Shown: positions 1-14,744, counted from the stretch's first letter. The stretch: 64,000 bases of DNA from Octopus sinensis (GCF_006345805.1 NC_043012.1:48298001-48362000), one strand, 5' to 3'. Numbers and translations are program-made. Notes: generated by a model not told the origin, from the letters alone.

Positions 1-80
1 TCCTGGGGTCGATTAGCGGGACGAAAAGCGGTGCTCTAGCATGGCCGTAGTCAAACGACTGAAACAACTAAAAGAGTAAA
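1..80 (+). mobile_element. 3' tail of SINE family A, cut by the window edge
   Basis: Matches the 3' end of copies at 7770-8218 and 47893-48312 (cctggggtcgat...agcatggccg.agtcaaa.gactgaaacaa.taaaagagtaaa). Confidence 0.8.
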
Positions 81-1379
81 TGAGATTACTCAATGGGAGA
101 AACGAGTTCGTTTCTCTTTGCAGACAGAAAATTACTTCACACTGACAAAATCATCGGAGATGTGTTAAGATTACAATGTAACTGCTGGATGGCAGATCAG
201 CAGCTAAATATATGTACACAAGAACCAGCTACTCACCACGTTATAGGGAAGTGCCAACACGGATTGACGACCGCGAAAAAAACCAATGAACTAACGAATG
301 AATATGTCAGGCACATACGGGAATGTAATTAGTTTGAACATCTGAATAAGTTGCCTGAAACATCACAGAACATGGAACACGATTGGCAACCAAATTCTCA
401 TATATGGAAGTGTGCGGATGTCTGTGCTTGTGTGTGAGTTTGTATATATTAACATATGTATGCATGAATGCATGGATGTATGCGCATTTGTGTGTATGTG
501 TGTGTGCGTGTGTGTGTGTGCGTGTGTGTGTGTGTGTGTGTTTACACGTATATTTTCTATTAGTTTCTAGAGTTCCTGTCGCCTAAATTCGAGTTCAATT
601 TCCAAAGTTTAATTTCCAGCTCAAAGATTGTTATTAGAAGGCCGTTTATTCACTTATTTCAAAAAAATTCAATACTCGACAACATACAAGATCCACTGCA
701 CATAAACATGTAATCTCACCTTTCTTCCACTTCTTCTATCGCTCCTATATCGGCTTCTGACTTTCCAGTCCTCCAAATCTATCGCTGTCACTCTCGTCAT
801 GCGTTACCTAAACTGCAACGATCAAAAGTGCTCCGTTTTCACATTTCTTCATTCAGATATCGACAAACGAAGTACAATTAACCTGGATATAAGAGAGATT
901 ACAAAGGCAATGGACACTGCCAAGGTCTATTCTTCTGGCTAATTAATTTGAGAAAGAAAACTCATTATCAGGGTTTTTAGTGTTTTTATCAAAGAGCGTC
1001 GCGGATTTTCGTCGCCATATTGCCTGAAGCAATTTAACAATTTAAAGGAGATATTTGTATGTCAATAACCACACTTTGTCAGACGGGAGAAAATAAATCA
1101 GAAATATTAGGTTAAAGGGAATATGACAGATGTACAAGAGAAGGTTACAGTAGCAAACAACAACAACAATAATATAAACTACAAGTAAGTAGAAATAACA
1201 GGAAAAAATTATATATAGACATGGTAATTAAAGATGATTAGCATTTTCGGAGTTAACTGCAATACAACAAAATACATTCAATATTTCTCTCTTTCTCTTC
1301 CACTCTCATATTCTGCCTTTCTTCCCCTTCTTCTCTGTCTCTGTCTGACCGTCTGTCTAACTGTCTGTCTGTTTGTCTG

Positions 1380-1423
<44 letters not shown>

Positions 1424-2483
1424 CTTTTCACTTGTCTTCTTTTGTTAATAATTGTTTTTCTACTCATGCATATATGTGTGTATGTGTGTGCGTGTGCATC
1501 TTTATGTGTGTGCATGTGTACACAAATATATATATTTATATTTATAAATGTGTGAGTCCGTGTGTCTCGCGTCTGTAAACATACATGCAGACATCCAATC
1601 AGTTATACATATACAGACATACATATGCATATGTCAATAAATATAATAATATAAGTTTGTATGCACATATATGCATACACACACATACACACATGCGCGC
1701 ACACGCAAACACACACGCACGCGTGCACACATACACACACAAGCACATATACACACACACACACATATATATATAAACACACCCACACACACACGTATGC
1801 ATAATACATTTAAAGTGATTGAATACATATGCGAAGATATTTATAGTTCGTGTGTATGTGTATGTGTATGCGTGTATGCATATTTGTTTGTGTGTTTTCT
1901 TATGTATACGTGTTTATGTGTTTGTATTATTGATGATAATTTTATACTTTGTCCTGTTTCTTTCTGTTTATTTCCCCCTTCCACTCCCCCCACCCCCCAA
2001 AAACAAACCAAAAACATTATAAAAAGCACAAAAACAGAAGAAAAACACACACATTTTCAGTTTTCTATCACAATGGACATAATTGCTACGTACGAGGTTA
2101 TGTCAAATGGCGGAATGCTAAAATGTCTTTATTTCTGCTGCCGTCACATTTTTTCTTTTCTTCCCATCTCTCTCTCTCTCTTTCTCTTTCTCTTTTTCTC
2201 TTTTTCTCTCCACCCATCCCTCCCTCTGTCTCTCTTTCACTCGCACTCGTTCTCACTCTCTACCTCTCCCTCTCTATTTGTCATGATGACTCTATATCCG
2301 TATTTGATTCTTTCTTCTAATCTAACATCCTTCTCTTCTTCTCTAATCCTCTCTCCTCCTTTCTCCTTTATCTCCTACCTCGCCCACCCCCACTTCTCTC
2401 ACTCAATCACTATTTTGTTTTGCTTTCTCTTTTCTCTTAGTCTAATTCATCTTAGCAAAATCTTAAGTGAACAACTACAGCAT

Positions 2484-2502
2484 TATCTATCTATCTATCT
2501 GC

Positions 2503-2546
<44 letters not shown>

Positions 2547-2581
2547 ATCTATCTATCTATCTATATATATATATATATATA

Positions 2582-2636
<55 letters not shown>

Positions 2637-2750
2637 TATATATAATATATATATATATAATATATAATATATATATATATATATATACATATATATGTAT
2701 GTGTGTCTGTCTTTACAGTATATATAGAGTTACAGAGTGATGTATATATT

Positions 2751-2815
<65 letters not shown>

Positions 2816-2835
2816 TTGTGTGTGCGTATATATAT
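2484..2835. repeat. Compound microsatellite (CTAT)n/(TA)n/(TG)n
   Basis: Directly visible; explains the overlapping low-complexity ORFs. Confidence 0.95.
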
Positions 2836-3588
2836 ATATGAGTTATAGAGTGATATAGTTATAAAGAGATGTATATATTTGCATGTATATTTATCGTTAT
2901 ATATGTGTGCCTTTGTATATATGAAAGCATGTGTTGGCTTGTGTTTGTGTGTGAGCGTATGTATGTGTACGTGCGCGAGCGTACGTACGCGCTTGTGTGT
3001 GTACAAAGAGAAAAGTAAGCACGCAGGCAGCTATCTATATTTTACAACAATCTCGCTAATAGATTTTCATATATCTAAAATGTTTACGTGTTAACGCGTC
3101 GCTGTACTATCGTCAATCTGTTTTCAGCTTAAATACATGTGTATGTACTTACATCTGTGTGCAGATGCATTGATGCATGTGTAACATAAGGGATGCAAGC
3201 TGAAATAACTAGATTTATGCAATGGAACATCGATATATAAATACGGCTATCTATACACTTACATACACACATTCATATGAAACATATAAGAGCGCATATG
3301 CGTATTTATACGTAAGCGAATTTATATGTATAAATACACATACCCATATAATGAATACGCACGTACAATACATACGCAAACATACAGTCACTCGCCTCCT
3401 ACACACGTAGATCTACATATATATATAAACAAACCGCGCGACCACCACCACACACGTTGTTTACAACGAACAGATTGAAAACTTCCGAATATATATTTGT
3501 ACACTACATTCGGAAGGTAAATTCGTTTGGTGCTCTCTGCGTCGCTATTCGGAGTTTCCACATCTTCTATGTAATATCCAAGGGACAG

Positions 3589-3855
3589 ATTGGTTTCAAA
3601 AGTTTGGCACAAAGCCAGCAATTTTGGGTCAGTCGGTAAGTCAATTACATCGACCCCAGTACTCAGCTGGTATATATTTTATCGACCACGAAAGGATGAA
3701 AGTTGACATCGGCGGAATTTGAACTCAGTGAGTGTGGGCGAAATGCCGCGAAGCAAAATCGACCCCGACGGCAATTCAACTCTGAACGTAAAGACAGACG
3801 GAATGCCGCTAAGCAGTTTGCCCGGCGTCCTAACGATTTTGCCAGCTCGACACCT
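3589..3855 (-). mobile_element. tRNA-derived SINE family B, diverged, with partial internal duplication of the B-box region
   Basis: Reverse complement matches 37572-37800 (gagctggca...gagttcaaattccgccga.gtc.actttcatcctttcg.ggtcgataaa...ctggggtcgatgtaat). The segment around ggcggaatttgaactc appears twice. Confidence 0.8.
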
Positions 3856-4132
3856 CTTTCAAGTGATACATTAATTTACATGTGAAAATAAAAGCTGCAG
3901 TCTTACTTTGAGATTATACAAGTAAATTTTGAAGAAAACCTCCGACAAAGAGTGTTTAAAATCTAAAAACAAACCAGTTAGAAATATATCTAAAATGAGT
4001 TCAATTAGCGACAACTTTCGAACTTAGCAACAATGTTAACTTTGAATAAATCTACGTAGGAAAACCGAAATAAAGATAGAAACTTATTGAGGGACGTATA
4101 AAGAAAGAAGTGTGTTTAAATAATGGTCAAAG

Positions 4133-4186
<54 letters not shown>

Positions 4187-4187
4187 T

Positions 4188-4268
<81 letters not shown>

Positions 4269-4270
4269 CG
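4133..4270. repeat. (GATA)n microsatellite
   Basis: Directly visible. Confidence 0.95.
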
Positions 4271-5040
4271 ATGGATAGGTATGCAGACAGACAAACTGGC
4301 AGGCAAATAAATGGAAAAAGAGAGAGAGAAAGTGCTAGATAGATGTGAATAATTAAGGAGAAGAGTGACATTAGTAAAATAAATCCTGATGGATAATGAA
4401 ACTGGCCTTATGTAACCAATTATTGGATAATCGTGATGTTGTGACAGTTATGCCTTTCTTCAAGCTCTTAGCGTTGTAAATTAAACTGATCATTATCAGC
4501 TGTAAAAGGAAATCATGTTGTAGATGCTACTTCAAAAGAATCAACGATATAATTGAAACATTTGTACATTGTTGTAGAAACTAGAAAACCAACAAAGCAT
4601 CATATAAATGAATCCGTCGCGTTCGATGATGTCTTTTCCTAATTGTTCGTTCAATTGCACTTATTGAGTTATAGTGGTGGCGGAGTATTCCTTCGTCGCA
4701 TATAGCATTATGTGTTCCTCACACATAAACATCTAGTATTGTATTTGACAAGCCTTGTCCTTTGAGTTACAGATGAAATTTTTTCTGGTAGGTTTCCGCA
4801 CAGTTTCCTTCTAACCATTTTCACGCAGAAGGTTCAGTTTGTCTCTATGACTAGTGAAAGACTTTGACGAAGTATCATTGCCGATTGCAAAACGAAATTC
4901 TCAGCTATTCGATCATGTCTTTACTCCTACATCATGTACACACGCACACACAAACATGAACCACACACATACACATGCTCATATTCACACACTCACGCTC
5001 ACATACACACATATGTAAACACACACACACACATATGTTG

Positions 5041-5340
5041 TTTTATTCTTTGACTTGTTTCAGTCATTTGACTACGGCCAGGCTGGAGCATGGCCTTTAG
5101 TCGAACGAATCAGCTCCAGAATTCATTCATTGTAAACATAGAACGTATTCAATCTTCTCTTTAGCCGAACCGTTAAGTTACGGGAACGTAAGTGCACCAA
5201 CATCGGTGTCAAGCAATGATTGGGGGACAATCACAGACACACGAACACATACATAGACTCATAGATACATATATACATACATGCATGCATAATACATACA
5301 TACATACATACATACATACATACATACATACATACATACA

Positions 5341-5371
<31 letters not shown>

Positions 5372-5524
5372 GTGCAGTTTCCGTCTACCAAATCTACACA
5401 CAAGGCTTTGGTCTGCCCGAGTCTATAGTAAAAGACACTCACCCAAGGTGTCACGCAGTGGGATTGAACCTGGAACCATGTGGTTGGGAAGCAAGCTTCT
5501 TACCACACAGCTACTCCAGCGCCT
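5041..5524 (-). mobile_element. SINE family A (tRNA-like head, CORE-like segment, internal microsatellite, 3' tail)
   Basis: Head at 5374-5524 and tail at 5041-5240 both match 7770-8218 in reverse; they are separated by (CATA)n. Confidence 0.85.
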
Positions 5525-5589
5525 AAATATATATATTTATCTTTTACTTGTTTTAGTGAGACTGCGGCCATGTTGGGGCAACGCCTTGA

Positions 5590-5673
<84 letters not shown>

Positions 5674-5934
5674 GTATATATATATATGTATATATACATA
5701 CATAGATATATACACTGGAGAGAGATACATACATATACATGCATGGATATATACATACTTACATACATATATAGACACAGGCATACAAACAGACATACAA
5801 GGAAAAAGCCAGACAAAATCATACAAACCAATAACATCCTATATTTGTATTCCTTGCATTTATGGGAATACACAATGTTGGAACCGACGTGGAAATCGAC
5901 AGAATGACTAGAGAGACAGAGACAGACAAGAAGC

Positions 5935-5980
<46 letters not shown>

Positions 5981-6281
5981 AAGTGAGAGAGTGGGAGACA
6001 AAGAAAGACAGTGAGAAAGATAGGCAGGCAGGCAGACAAGCAGACAAACAGACCCACAGACCAACAGGCGGACAGACTAGCAGACCGACAGACCAGCAGA
6101 TCGACAGACTAATGCAAGCTTTATTGTCAAACATGAATAATAAATCTATGTTAATTTCCACGTGCTTTAGCGAGCAGCTGAATACGAGATAACAGAATGA
6201 GATGGTTAACGTTTCAAAACGAGGTTGATGATGCCTGCTTCTGTCTGTTGCGTTTGCTGCTAAATAACAATAACAGGAAGA

Positions 6282-6423
6282 AACAACAACAACAACAACA
6301 GCAACAAGAACAACAACAACAAAACCGACGACGACGACAAACAAACAAAGCTAGCAACATCGACAACAACAGCAACGAGCTGAAGAAGAAGAAGAAGAAG
6401 AAGAAGAAGAAGAAGAAGAAGAA
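6282..6423. repeat. (CAA)n/(CGA)n/(GAA)n trinucleotide tract
   Basis: Directly visible; source of the poly-Q/poly-K pseudo-ORFs. Confidence 0.9.
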
Positions 6424-6793
6424 CGGTGAGAACGAAAGTAGTAACAGAAGAAAATGATGTATTTCTACATGATACAGAGCCAACTAGAACCATCTGCTCT
6501 ACATCTGGTATGTTGAATTAGGTTTGTCTTATTTTATTTTATTTTATTGTATTTCATTTTATTTTCGTTCTTGTCAGCCTCTGTTTGTTGTAAATGCAAC
6601 GAGGTGTTGTTTAAGACGATATCAAATACAGAAATACTGCCAGGAAGACCGCAGAAACCTGGCCAATTTGGCAAAATGGCAAACGGATTCTCCACGAATT
6701 CTTTAAATGCTTATTGCTACCAACATCATCATCACCATCATCATCACCATCAGCGTCATCGTCTTTGTCATATTCAGCAGCAACAGCAGCAGT

Positions 6794-7160
6794 GAAGGCG
6801 CAATGGCCCAGTGGTTAGGGCAGCAGACATGCGGTCGGAGGATCGCGGTTTCGATTCCCAGACCGGGCGTTGTGTGTGTTTATTGAGCGAAAACACCTAA
6901 AGCTCCACGAGGCTCCGGCAGGAGGTTGTGGCGGCCCCTGTTGTACTCTTTCGCCCCAACTTTCTCTCACTCTTTCTTCCTGTTTCTTGTCCCCGTCTTC
7001 CTACGCAACCGCTGAGCCTGGATGAGCATTCATTCATCCGTCGATGTTTTCGGTGGGGGGGGGTGACCTGCTTTCTCTTCTGCGGGTCTTACGAATAGCA
7101 AAGGACCACGTTTCGGACTTATCCCATCTTGCGAGCTCTGGACGAAGACCTATCGCTCAA
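6794..7160 (+). mobile_element. tRNA-derived SINE family C, full length
   Basis: A box TGGCCCAGTGG and B box GTTTCGATTCC in a tRNA-like head. A closely similar second copy lies at 54173-54535 (-). Flanked by CAG/CAA repeats. Confidence 0.88.
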
Positions 7161-7339
7161 CAGCATCAGCAACAGCAGCAGCAGCAGCTGCAACAGCACC
7201 AACACCAGCATCACATCACCAGCACCTGCAGTGACAGTAGTATTCCCGCTATTATCAACTACGAACCCTCTGGAAAATCTACGTGTTCACTTCCAAAGAT
7301 ATCGAGACCCACCTTCAGTCATGAATGACCATGGGAAAG

Positions 7340-7519
7340 GCAAAGGGGCCGATACAGCTTGGTGCCAGTGACGTCACCACTCATTTCTACAGCTAACTGA
7401 AGCAACGTGAGGTAAAGTGTCATGCTCAAGAACACAACACGCAGCCCGATCCGGGAATCAAACCCATAACCTCACGATCGTAAGCTCGACACTCTAACCA
7501 CTGAGCCATGTGCCTTCAC
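7340..7519 (-). mobile_element. tRNA-derived SINE, family E-type head and CORE-like segment with a different tail
   Basis: Reverse strand reads tggctcagtggttagagtg...gtttgattcccgg...gtgttcttgagca.gacacttt, like the copy at 9295. Confidence 0.75.
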
Positions 7520-7769
7520 ATCCAAAGATATAACGTATACTATTTTAGTGAGGGTGCGAGGGTTTGAAGGTGTGATGATGCGCTATTGCTTCCTGATGCA
7601 GTTGTGATGGGATGCTGAAGTTTGTCTTGCCTGTCATTCTGTTTAGGGAGGTATCAGTGCGAAGGGTGTGTCTGCCCTTCATTCCTCTACTGACAACCTT
7701 TACTACGCTACTCACTGGTCGCTTCGCCTAACAATAACAACAAAATTTCTGTTTCTAGTAACAGCATAA

Positions 7770-7932
7770 GGCGTATGGGTGGCTGTGTGGTAAGTAGCTT
7801 GCTTACGAACCACATGGTTCCAGGTTCAGTCCCACTGCGTGGCACCTTGGGCAAGTGTCTTCTACAATAGCCTCGGGCCGATTAAAGCCTTATGAGTGGA
7901 TTTGGTAGACGGATACTGAAAGAAGCCCGTCG

Positions 7933-7993
<61 letters not shown>

Positions 7994-8218
7994 TGTGTGT
8001 GAGTATATGTTTGTGAGCCTGTGTTTGTCCCCCAACATCGCTTGACAACCGATGGTGGTGTGTTTACGTCCCTGTAACTTAGCGGTTCGGCAAAAGGGAC
8101 CGATAGATTAAGTACTAGGCTTACAAAGAATAAGTCCTGGGATCTTTTTGCTCGACTGAAGGTGGTGCCCTAGCTTGGCCGCAGTCAAATGACTGAACAA
8201 GTAAAAGAGTAAAAGAGT
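7770..8218 (+). mobile_element. SINE family A, full length
   Basis: tRNA-like head (tggctgtgtgg...ggttcagtccc), CORE-like ggcaccttgggcaagtgtcttc, internal (TG)n, tail ending in AAAAGAGT repeats; several copies in the window. Confidence 0.88.
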
Positions 8219-9294
8219 GTATGTCAGTTTGATAATGACTAACAACGACGACAGGAAGAACAACCTAAAACATAACGACTATGTGCTGAACACAATGAAA
8301 TTTATAAAGCCGCAACAGTTGTTTTTAATTCTGACAGCAGTTTATTGTGTCATGGTAACATATGTAGTTTATTTATAATTTATGAAAACAAAAAACTTAT
8401 CTTGACGCTTCTATATGAGATGAGGTTTTAAAAATCTGAACGAAAAGATCATGTCCGGTATACAATCAAAATTTGTAAGATGGCGTCTGTAACTAGTTAG
8501 AGGAAACATTCACTTTTTATGAATGTCCGGAAGAAATGGTACCTAAGTGTAGTTTCTGTATTTTGAGGCAGATGAAAATTTCAGGTAAGACACAAAAATG
8601 CTCGTATTTTCTTTTGCCAATGGTAATTCAAAAGGAGTGATTCAGATTAGATAGTTAAGTCCAGAACTAGCAAAATAGCGAATGTTAGCGGCAGGATTTG
8701 ACGATTGGCTAATGCATCATAAGTTCATATTCTACCCAGACAGTCATTTTACTGCACAGAAGTTATAGTGAGATTGTTTTTTCATCTACCTGCGATGACT
8801 AAGTTTTTTCAGGGAAAAAGGAAATTGGTTAATATCTAAGTATTTGAGACTGGATAGTGACTCTAACCTTTTTGGGGAAGTTTATAGGTAATTGTATAAC
8901 TTCAGTAAATTGAATTATGGTATTCAACCTCTATCCATTTGCAACGTTGAATTATTTTGTAACTCTCTTCCTAAGCCCTCGTAGTGGTAAAACATAGTCT
9001 ACGATTGTTGTGTGGTCCTATTCGAGAATGACAGTTCGTTTTGCAGTCAGTTCACATGAAGACTGAAACTTCAAGTACAGTTAGGTGTCTCTCACTTTTG
9101 TCAAGCGTCTATAATTAATTATATGGCATCACTTAAGTTTGACAGCTGTTTCTGATGAGACAGACATGTCACCACAAAGAGAGTTAACCGGTGATTGGTT
9201 CGTTGCGATATAAAATCTAAACAATATAAAATGCATCATTTAGAAAAGCCAGATATTTCCTTGTAAGTATAAGTGATCAGTATAATCATAAGCT

Positions 9295-9556
9295 GTGGAG
9301 GCGCGTGGCTTAGTGGTTAGGGTGTCAGCATCATGATCGTAAGATGTGGTTTCTATTCCTGTACCGGGCGACGCGTTGTGTTCTTGAGCAAAATACTTCT
9401 TTTCACGTTGCTCCAGTCCACTCAACTGGCAAAAAGGAGAAACACTGCGATGGACTGGCGTCCCGTCCAGCTGGGGAACACATACGCCATTGAAAGCGGG
9501 AAATCGGGCCCATGAGCCTGGTTAGGCTTTAAAAGGGAACATTTATTTTATTTATT
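9295..9556 (+). mobile_element. tRNA-derived SINE family E with 14-bp TSD
   Basis: A box TGGCTTAGTGG, B-like GTTTCTATTCC, gcgatggactggcgtcccgtccag motif, (ATTT)n tail. TSD tataatcataagct at 9281-9294 and 9557-9570. Confidence 0.9.
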
Positions 9557-10618
9557 TATAATCATAAGCTAGAAGATATGATACATCTTGAGCTAGTATT
9601 GACTCTCTGACTTGTATCTATCTATTCTTGCGACTACTGTGTATCATAAGTGTGTGTGTGGGCGCTTCATATGAGTAGCCGTCGAGCTACAGATCCGTCT
9701 TTCTGTATTGTTAATCAGCTGATTACTCGCTAAATTTCAACACAAACTCAATTTTACTAGGATTATCGAGGTGCATCTCACATCTGCTCCTCAGACAAAT
9801 GCATGTGTCTTCTGCGATAAGCAAGCTTAAAATTATACAAGCCGTCAGCAACGCCCTACACATCAAACTTCTACAATATTATTCTGCTTCCCATGGCGTC
9901 TCTCGAAGGTTACGCTTTAAACAACCATAACCACTGACTAAAATATTGATAACATAATCAAAGTCATGATGAAATAATGTTGCGAAGATCTATCATAAAT
10001 TCATTCGTCAAAACAGAAAAAATAAAAATGCATAAAAACGTAAAATTTTCAGGGTACACCCTAGTGACAATTAAAATGCAAAAATAATACGATTAGCAAT
10101 TATCAAAGATTTAAACTAAATTGCGCAATAAAATCAAATTTTGGAGTTAACTTTGTTTTGCTAAAAACCTCCGTTAACACCAAGATATGTATAAGCTACC
10201 AAAACTACTAATGATCTAGTTCGTTACTCTGGACGCTGCATAAAATATTTAATATTTTAAATTTGAATTTCATGAATTCTGTCCCATTCACCTTCTTTTC
10301 GTTAATGCTAATATTTTTTTCTCATTACGTTTATATATTTTTATTGATTAATTATTTATCTTTGGCTCACCATGCGAAGTATAGCAGCCTGTACTTGAGT
10401 ATATATTCACAAATGAAGGATTAGTGATTAACATTCAGTGCAGGGCCTTGGAAACGACTCACAGAATTGGCAACGAGAGGGAAAACAAATATTGTTTTTC
10501 CGCTTGACTGATTAGAGTCATCTGCGGTCTAGGGCAGTGGTTTCCAACCCGGATTCCGCAAATCCCTTGTGGTACTTAAAGGTAGTATTGAGGGTTCGTG
10601 AATTAAATTCAAAATTTC

Positions 10619-10679
<61 letters not shown>

Positions 10680-10822
10680 TACGTAAGTACCTAACCAGAA
10701 AGAGAAAGGGAGAATGGAAATAATTGTAGTGATGCTAATTAAGAACATCAGAAAATTGGTTGCTGGAAAATACTTGAGGACGCATAATGCATGCTAAATG
10801 TTTATATGGTGAGTTAGATATA

Positions 10823-11035
10823 AGGCGGGGAGCTAGAAAACCGTTAGCGCTCAGGGAAAAATGCTTAGTGGCATTTCGTCCGTCTTCATGCTCTGAGTTC
10901 AAATTCCACCGAGGTCGCTTTGCATTTCATCCTTTCGGGAATGATTAAATAACTAACAGTTAAACACTGGGGTCGATGTAATCTACTTCACCCCTCCCCA
11001 ATACTGCTGGCCTTGTGCCAAAGATTAAAACCAAT
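10823..11035 (+). mobile_element. SINE family B, diverged
   Basis: gagttcaaattcc.ccgaggtcg.tttgc.tttcatcctttcggg...ctggggtcgatgtaatc motif. Confidence 0.8.
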
Positions 11036-11549
11036 ATGGTGAGTCAAATAATTTCTAGTAACTGATATTGAATATTTAGAAAGCAAGGTTATTATGATAT
11101 TGAATCAGTTCTACTTCTCTTTGCTTGAAAACATACTGTATTTTATTATAATTACATTCACATCTAACATCTAAGACATATTTTTCAACCTGCTGGGATG
11201 AAGGCTAAAATCGACCTCAGCAGGACTTCAGTTCACAATGTGCCGCGCTCTAACAACGTTATGTAAGGCGGGTTGGTTTGGGCGACGGTGTGAAGCTGCT
11301 AACAAACAACAGCGAAGAGTAAGGGGAATAATTCGTGTTTAGTATTTTTTAAAAATGGCTACTCTACATTTTTTAAGTGGTACTTACAGTTTGAAATAAA
11401 TTTCAGACGACGTAATCCACAAAATTACGCAATTGAAAAAAACACAAAACTAATGAATAAATAAAGCTATAGTATCTGAAAGTTGTGTCTCAGCAACAAC
11501 AGAAAGAAAAGACTAAAATAAGTATAACAGCGTACGTGTTTGTGTGTAT

Positions 11550-11567
11550 ATATCTATATCTATATCC

Positions 11568-11649
<82 letters not shown>

Positions 11650-11723
11650 ATATGTGTGTGTGTGTGTATGTATATACATATATACATATATATATCTAAT
11701 ACGCACGCACACACATATATGTG

Positions 11724-11780
<57 letters not shown>

Positions 11781-12357
11781 GTATGTATGTATGTATGTTA
11801 TTCACATACATGTTCACATGAACACACACATATATGTTTGTATGTTTGTATGTTTGTATGTTTGTATGTATGTATGTATGTATATATATGGATGTATGTA
11901 TATATACATAATTAAATAAGTATATATAATGCATATTGGTGTGTGTGTGTATACATATGTATGTATATAAATAATATAATGCTGCATTATACATACATGT
12001 GTGTGTTTTGTATGTGTGTGCATGCGCCCATTTATATGCATATGTATATTTAGTAAGTGCATTAATGCTATATACGTGTTTTTAGGCTATACAATAACAA
12101 AAGCAACGCAACCATATTGATTTAATGTCTTTCACCTTTTCAATAAAAGTTCATTTTATTTATTTATCGAGTTTGTTTTTCATTGTATAATTTTGAAGCA
12201 ACATTGAATTTTATTTCAATTCTAATGTCTCTATGCGTGCTCCTGTTTGTTCGTGTGTGTCTCTATCCCCATATATGTACGTGGATACGTACGTATGATC
12301 ATATACATACTTATACATATATATATATGTGTGTGTGTGTGTGTAAATATGTATATG

Positions 12358-12388
<31 letters not shown>

Positions 12389-12490
12389 GTATAAATCTAT
12401 ATATATTGTTACATGTGTGTACATATGTATATGTATACATATATATAAACAATGTGGATATATAAGTATGTATGATCAAATATATATATA

Positions 12491-12529
<39 letters not shown>

Positions 12530-12620
12530 TATATGTATATATGTTGTTTATACGTTTGTACATATGTATATGTATACAAATATATAAACAAATGTGGATA
12601 TATATGTTTATACATATATA

Positions 12621-12651
<31 letters not shown>

Positions 12652-12670
12652 CATGTAAATGTATGTATGT
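11550..12670. repeat. Low-complexity field of (CTAT)n, (TA)n, (TATG)n and (CA)n
   Basis: Directly visible. Confidence 0.9.
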
Positions 12671-13048
12671 AATCGCATATATATGCAAATATGCAGAACT
12701 TACATAATGGTGTTTTGTTTTCGTCAAAACCCATACTATTTGAAAATAGTATGGCTTTTTTTATATATATATTTTTTTCAATTGTTCTTTCTAACATTCC
12801 ATTATTTAGTATTATTTTGATTCTCATCTCTGCACACAACAAACTTAGTTGTCAATGATTCTGTTTTTGTATTATTTCTTTTTTGTTTTTGTAATTTTAT
12901 TTATTAATTTTTTTTTTTGCTTTTCCATTGTTTTAAATTTGTTGTTGTATTACTTTCTTTCTTCTGGCATTCGGTCTCGTCAGATGTAAACTTCTTTCAT
13001 GTGTGGACAAATGCATTATATATATATGTGCGTGTGCGTGCGTGTGAG

Positions 13049-13098
<50 letters not shown>

Positions 13099-14744
13099 TG
13101 TGTGTGCATGTGTGTGTGTGCGTGTGTGTAAGCGTGTATAATTTAATATAATATAAAATAATACGCAGAAACGTACACACCCACACACACACGCTCACTC
13201 ACAGAAACACATTCACTACACAAGAATTTATACGTGTGTGCGCGCGCGTGTGTGTGTGTAAGCGCAAACATGCATAAGTTTATTTGCTTATGGAGTCGTA
13301 ACAAAAAAAAAGAAGCAGAAATTTTCGCTGGATATGTTTTAAAATCCATAACATTGAAACTTCATTGTTCTAATCTAAAACCACAGCAGATGAAAGAACA
13401 GGTTGTTTATTGACAACACAGACACAACTACACACACGCACACATGTAGACAAATACACAGGGATATGAACATACACACATATGTATATCTATATATATA
13501 TACATATATGTGTTGGTGTGTGCGCGTGTGTATTCACGCTATAGTTGGGATAAAGCAAAGATTTTTGCTCGTTTGTTTGTACATGACTTGAAAATTTATT
13601 ACAAGCGGTTGTCGTTGAATGATTTATGTACAACTCAGACATTATTCTCCCTCATTCGTTATACTTCAATCTCTGAATGTTTCATACTCTCCACAAGGAT
13701 CGAACTCCTGTTTGAATCCTTTTAAAGTTCTCAGATCTCTTACATAAACAGTTTTTCTTGCCCACATTAGGCGGCTGCATAACTACTTGCAATCCACAAG
13801 CGAAAGATAGCTCTATGTCTAAGTCGTTTACATCGCAACTATATGTTGGTGGGTTCAATCCCATAATGAAACCCTTTCGGCAATTATATTCGATCAAAAT
13901 TTTGGCCAGGCCTTTGCGTGTAGCCCGTGAGTGTAATTATATTTACACCGGTCTAAAACTATGAATTGTCACTTTTGCTCTGTCCCATAACATAGTTTTA
14001 CTAAGAAACCAATCAATAAAATGTGTACAAGATTCAAGCATGTACTAGGTTTGATATACTTGACTAAATTCTGTTAAGGTGGTGACTCAGTTCACCTATT
14101 TGGGGACTATAATACGCTCTCCAATATGCAGCGGGTTTTGTTCGCGCTGTTAGTTGACCTCATGTGAACGTTACGTCGGCCAGATCTATAATCAAAGGTA
14201 GTCAATCCGTGACAGTTTCATCATTTTTCTTCTATGAGCAGAGAATACAAAACCACATTATACAACGTAAATTAAGTTTAAAGCAATAAGACATAGATTA
14301 TGATCTGAGGGAGACTTGCTGTTTTTTTCTAGGAAATTTAGCGATCGTGCAAAGGCTGCTAAATCTGAGGTAGCTTTTTCTGCGCATGTACGCACTTACA
14401 CACAGAGAAGTATAGTTGCTTTGGTGTGAATGTATATTATCGCTGGTGTGTACCGCACTCAAGAAGACACAGAGGAGTCACTAGACTCTCTTGAAATGGT
14501 ATGTAAATACTATCAAAGATTGGGGAATGCGCTGAATTACCATATTCAATAAAGAATTTCGGTCGAACGAAAGATACTTGGTTCTTATAATAATAATAAT
14601 AATACCGAAATCAGTTCACCCCACACACACACAAACACACACATACACGCACATGCAATTACACATGCGAGGACATAAACACGCACATATATACACGTGT
14701 GTTTGTGTGTGTTTGAGAGAGTGTGTGTATCTATTAACTTTTCA

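Noticed and set aside
6794-6870. tRNA genes here and at 9295, 49247 and 54460
   Set aside because: They lack complete acceptor stems and continue into repeat bodies, so they are SINE heads.
9148-9180. CTGATGA followed by a GACA/TGTC stem (possible hammerhead)
   Set aside because: No GAAA after the stem and no stem III.
9750-9805. Minus-strand CTGAGGAG...CTCGATA (possible hammerhead relic)
   Set aside because: GAAA is absent and the stems are poor; too degenerate to support.
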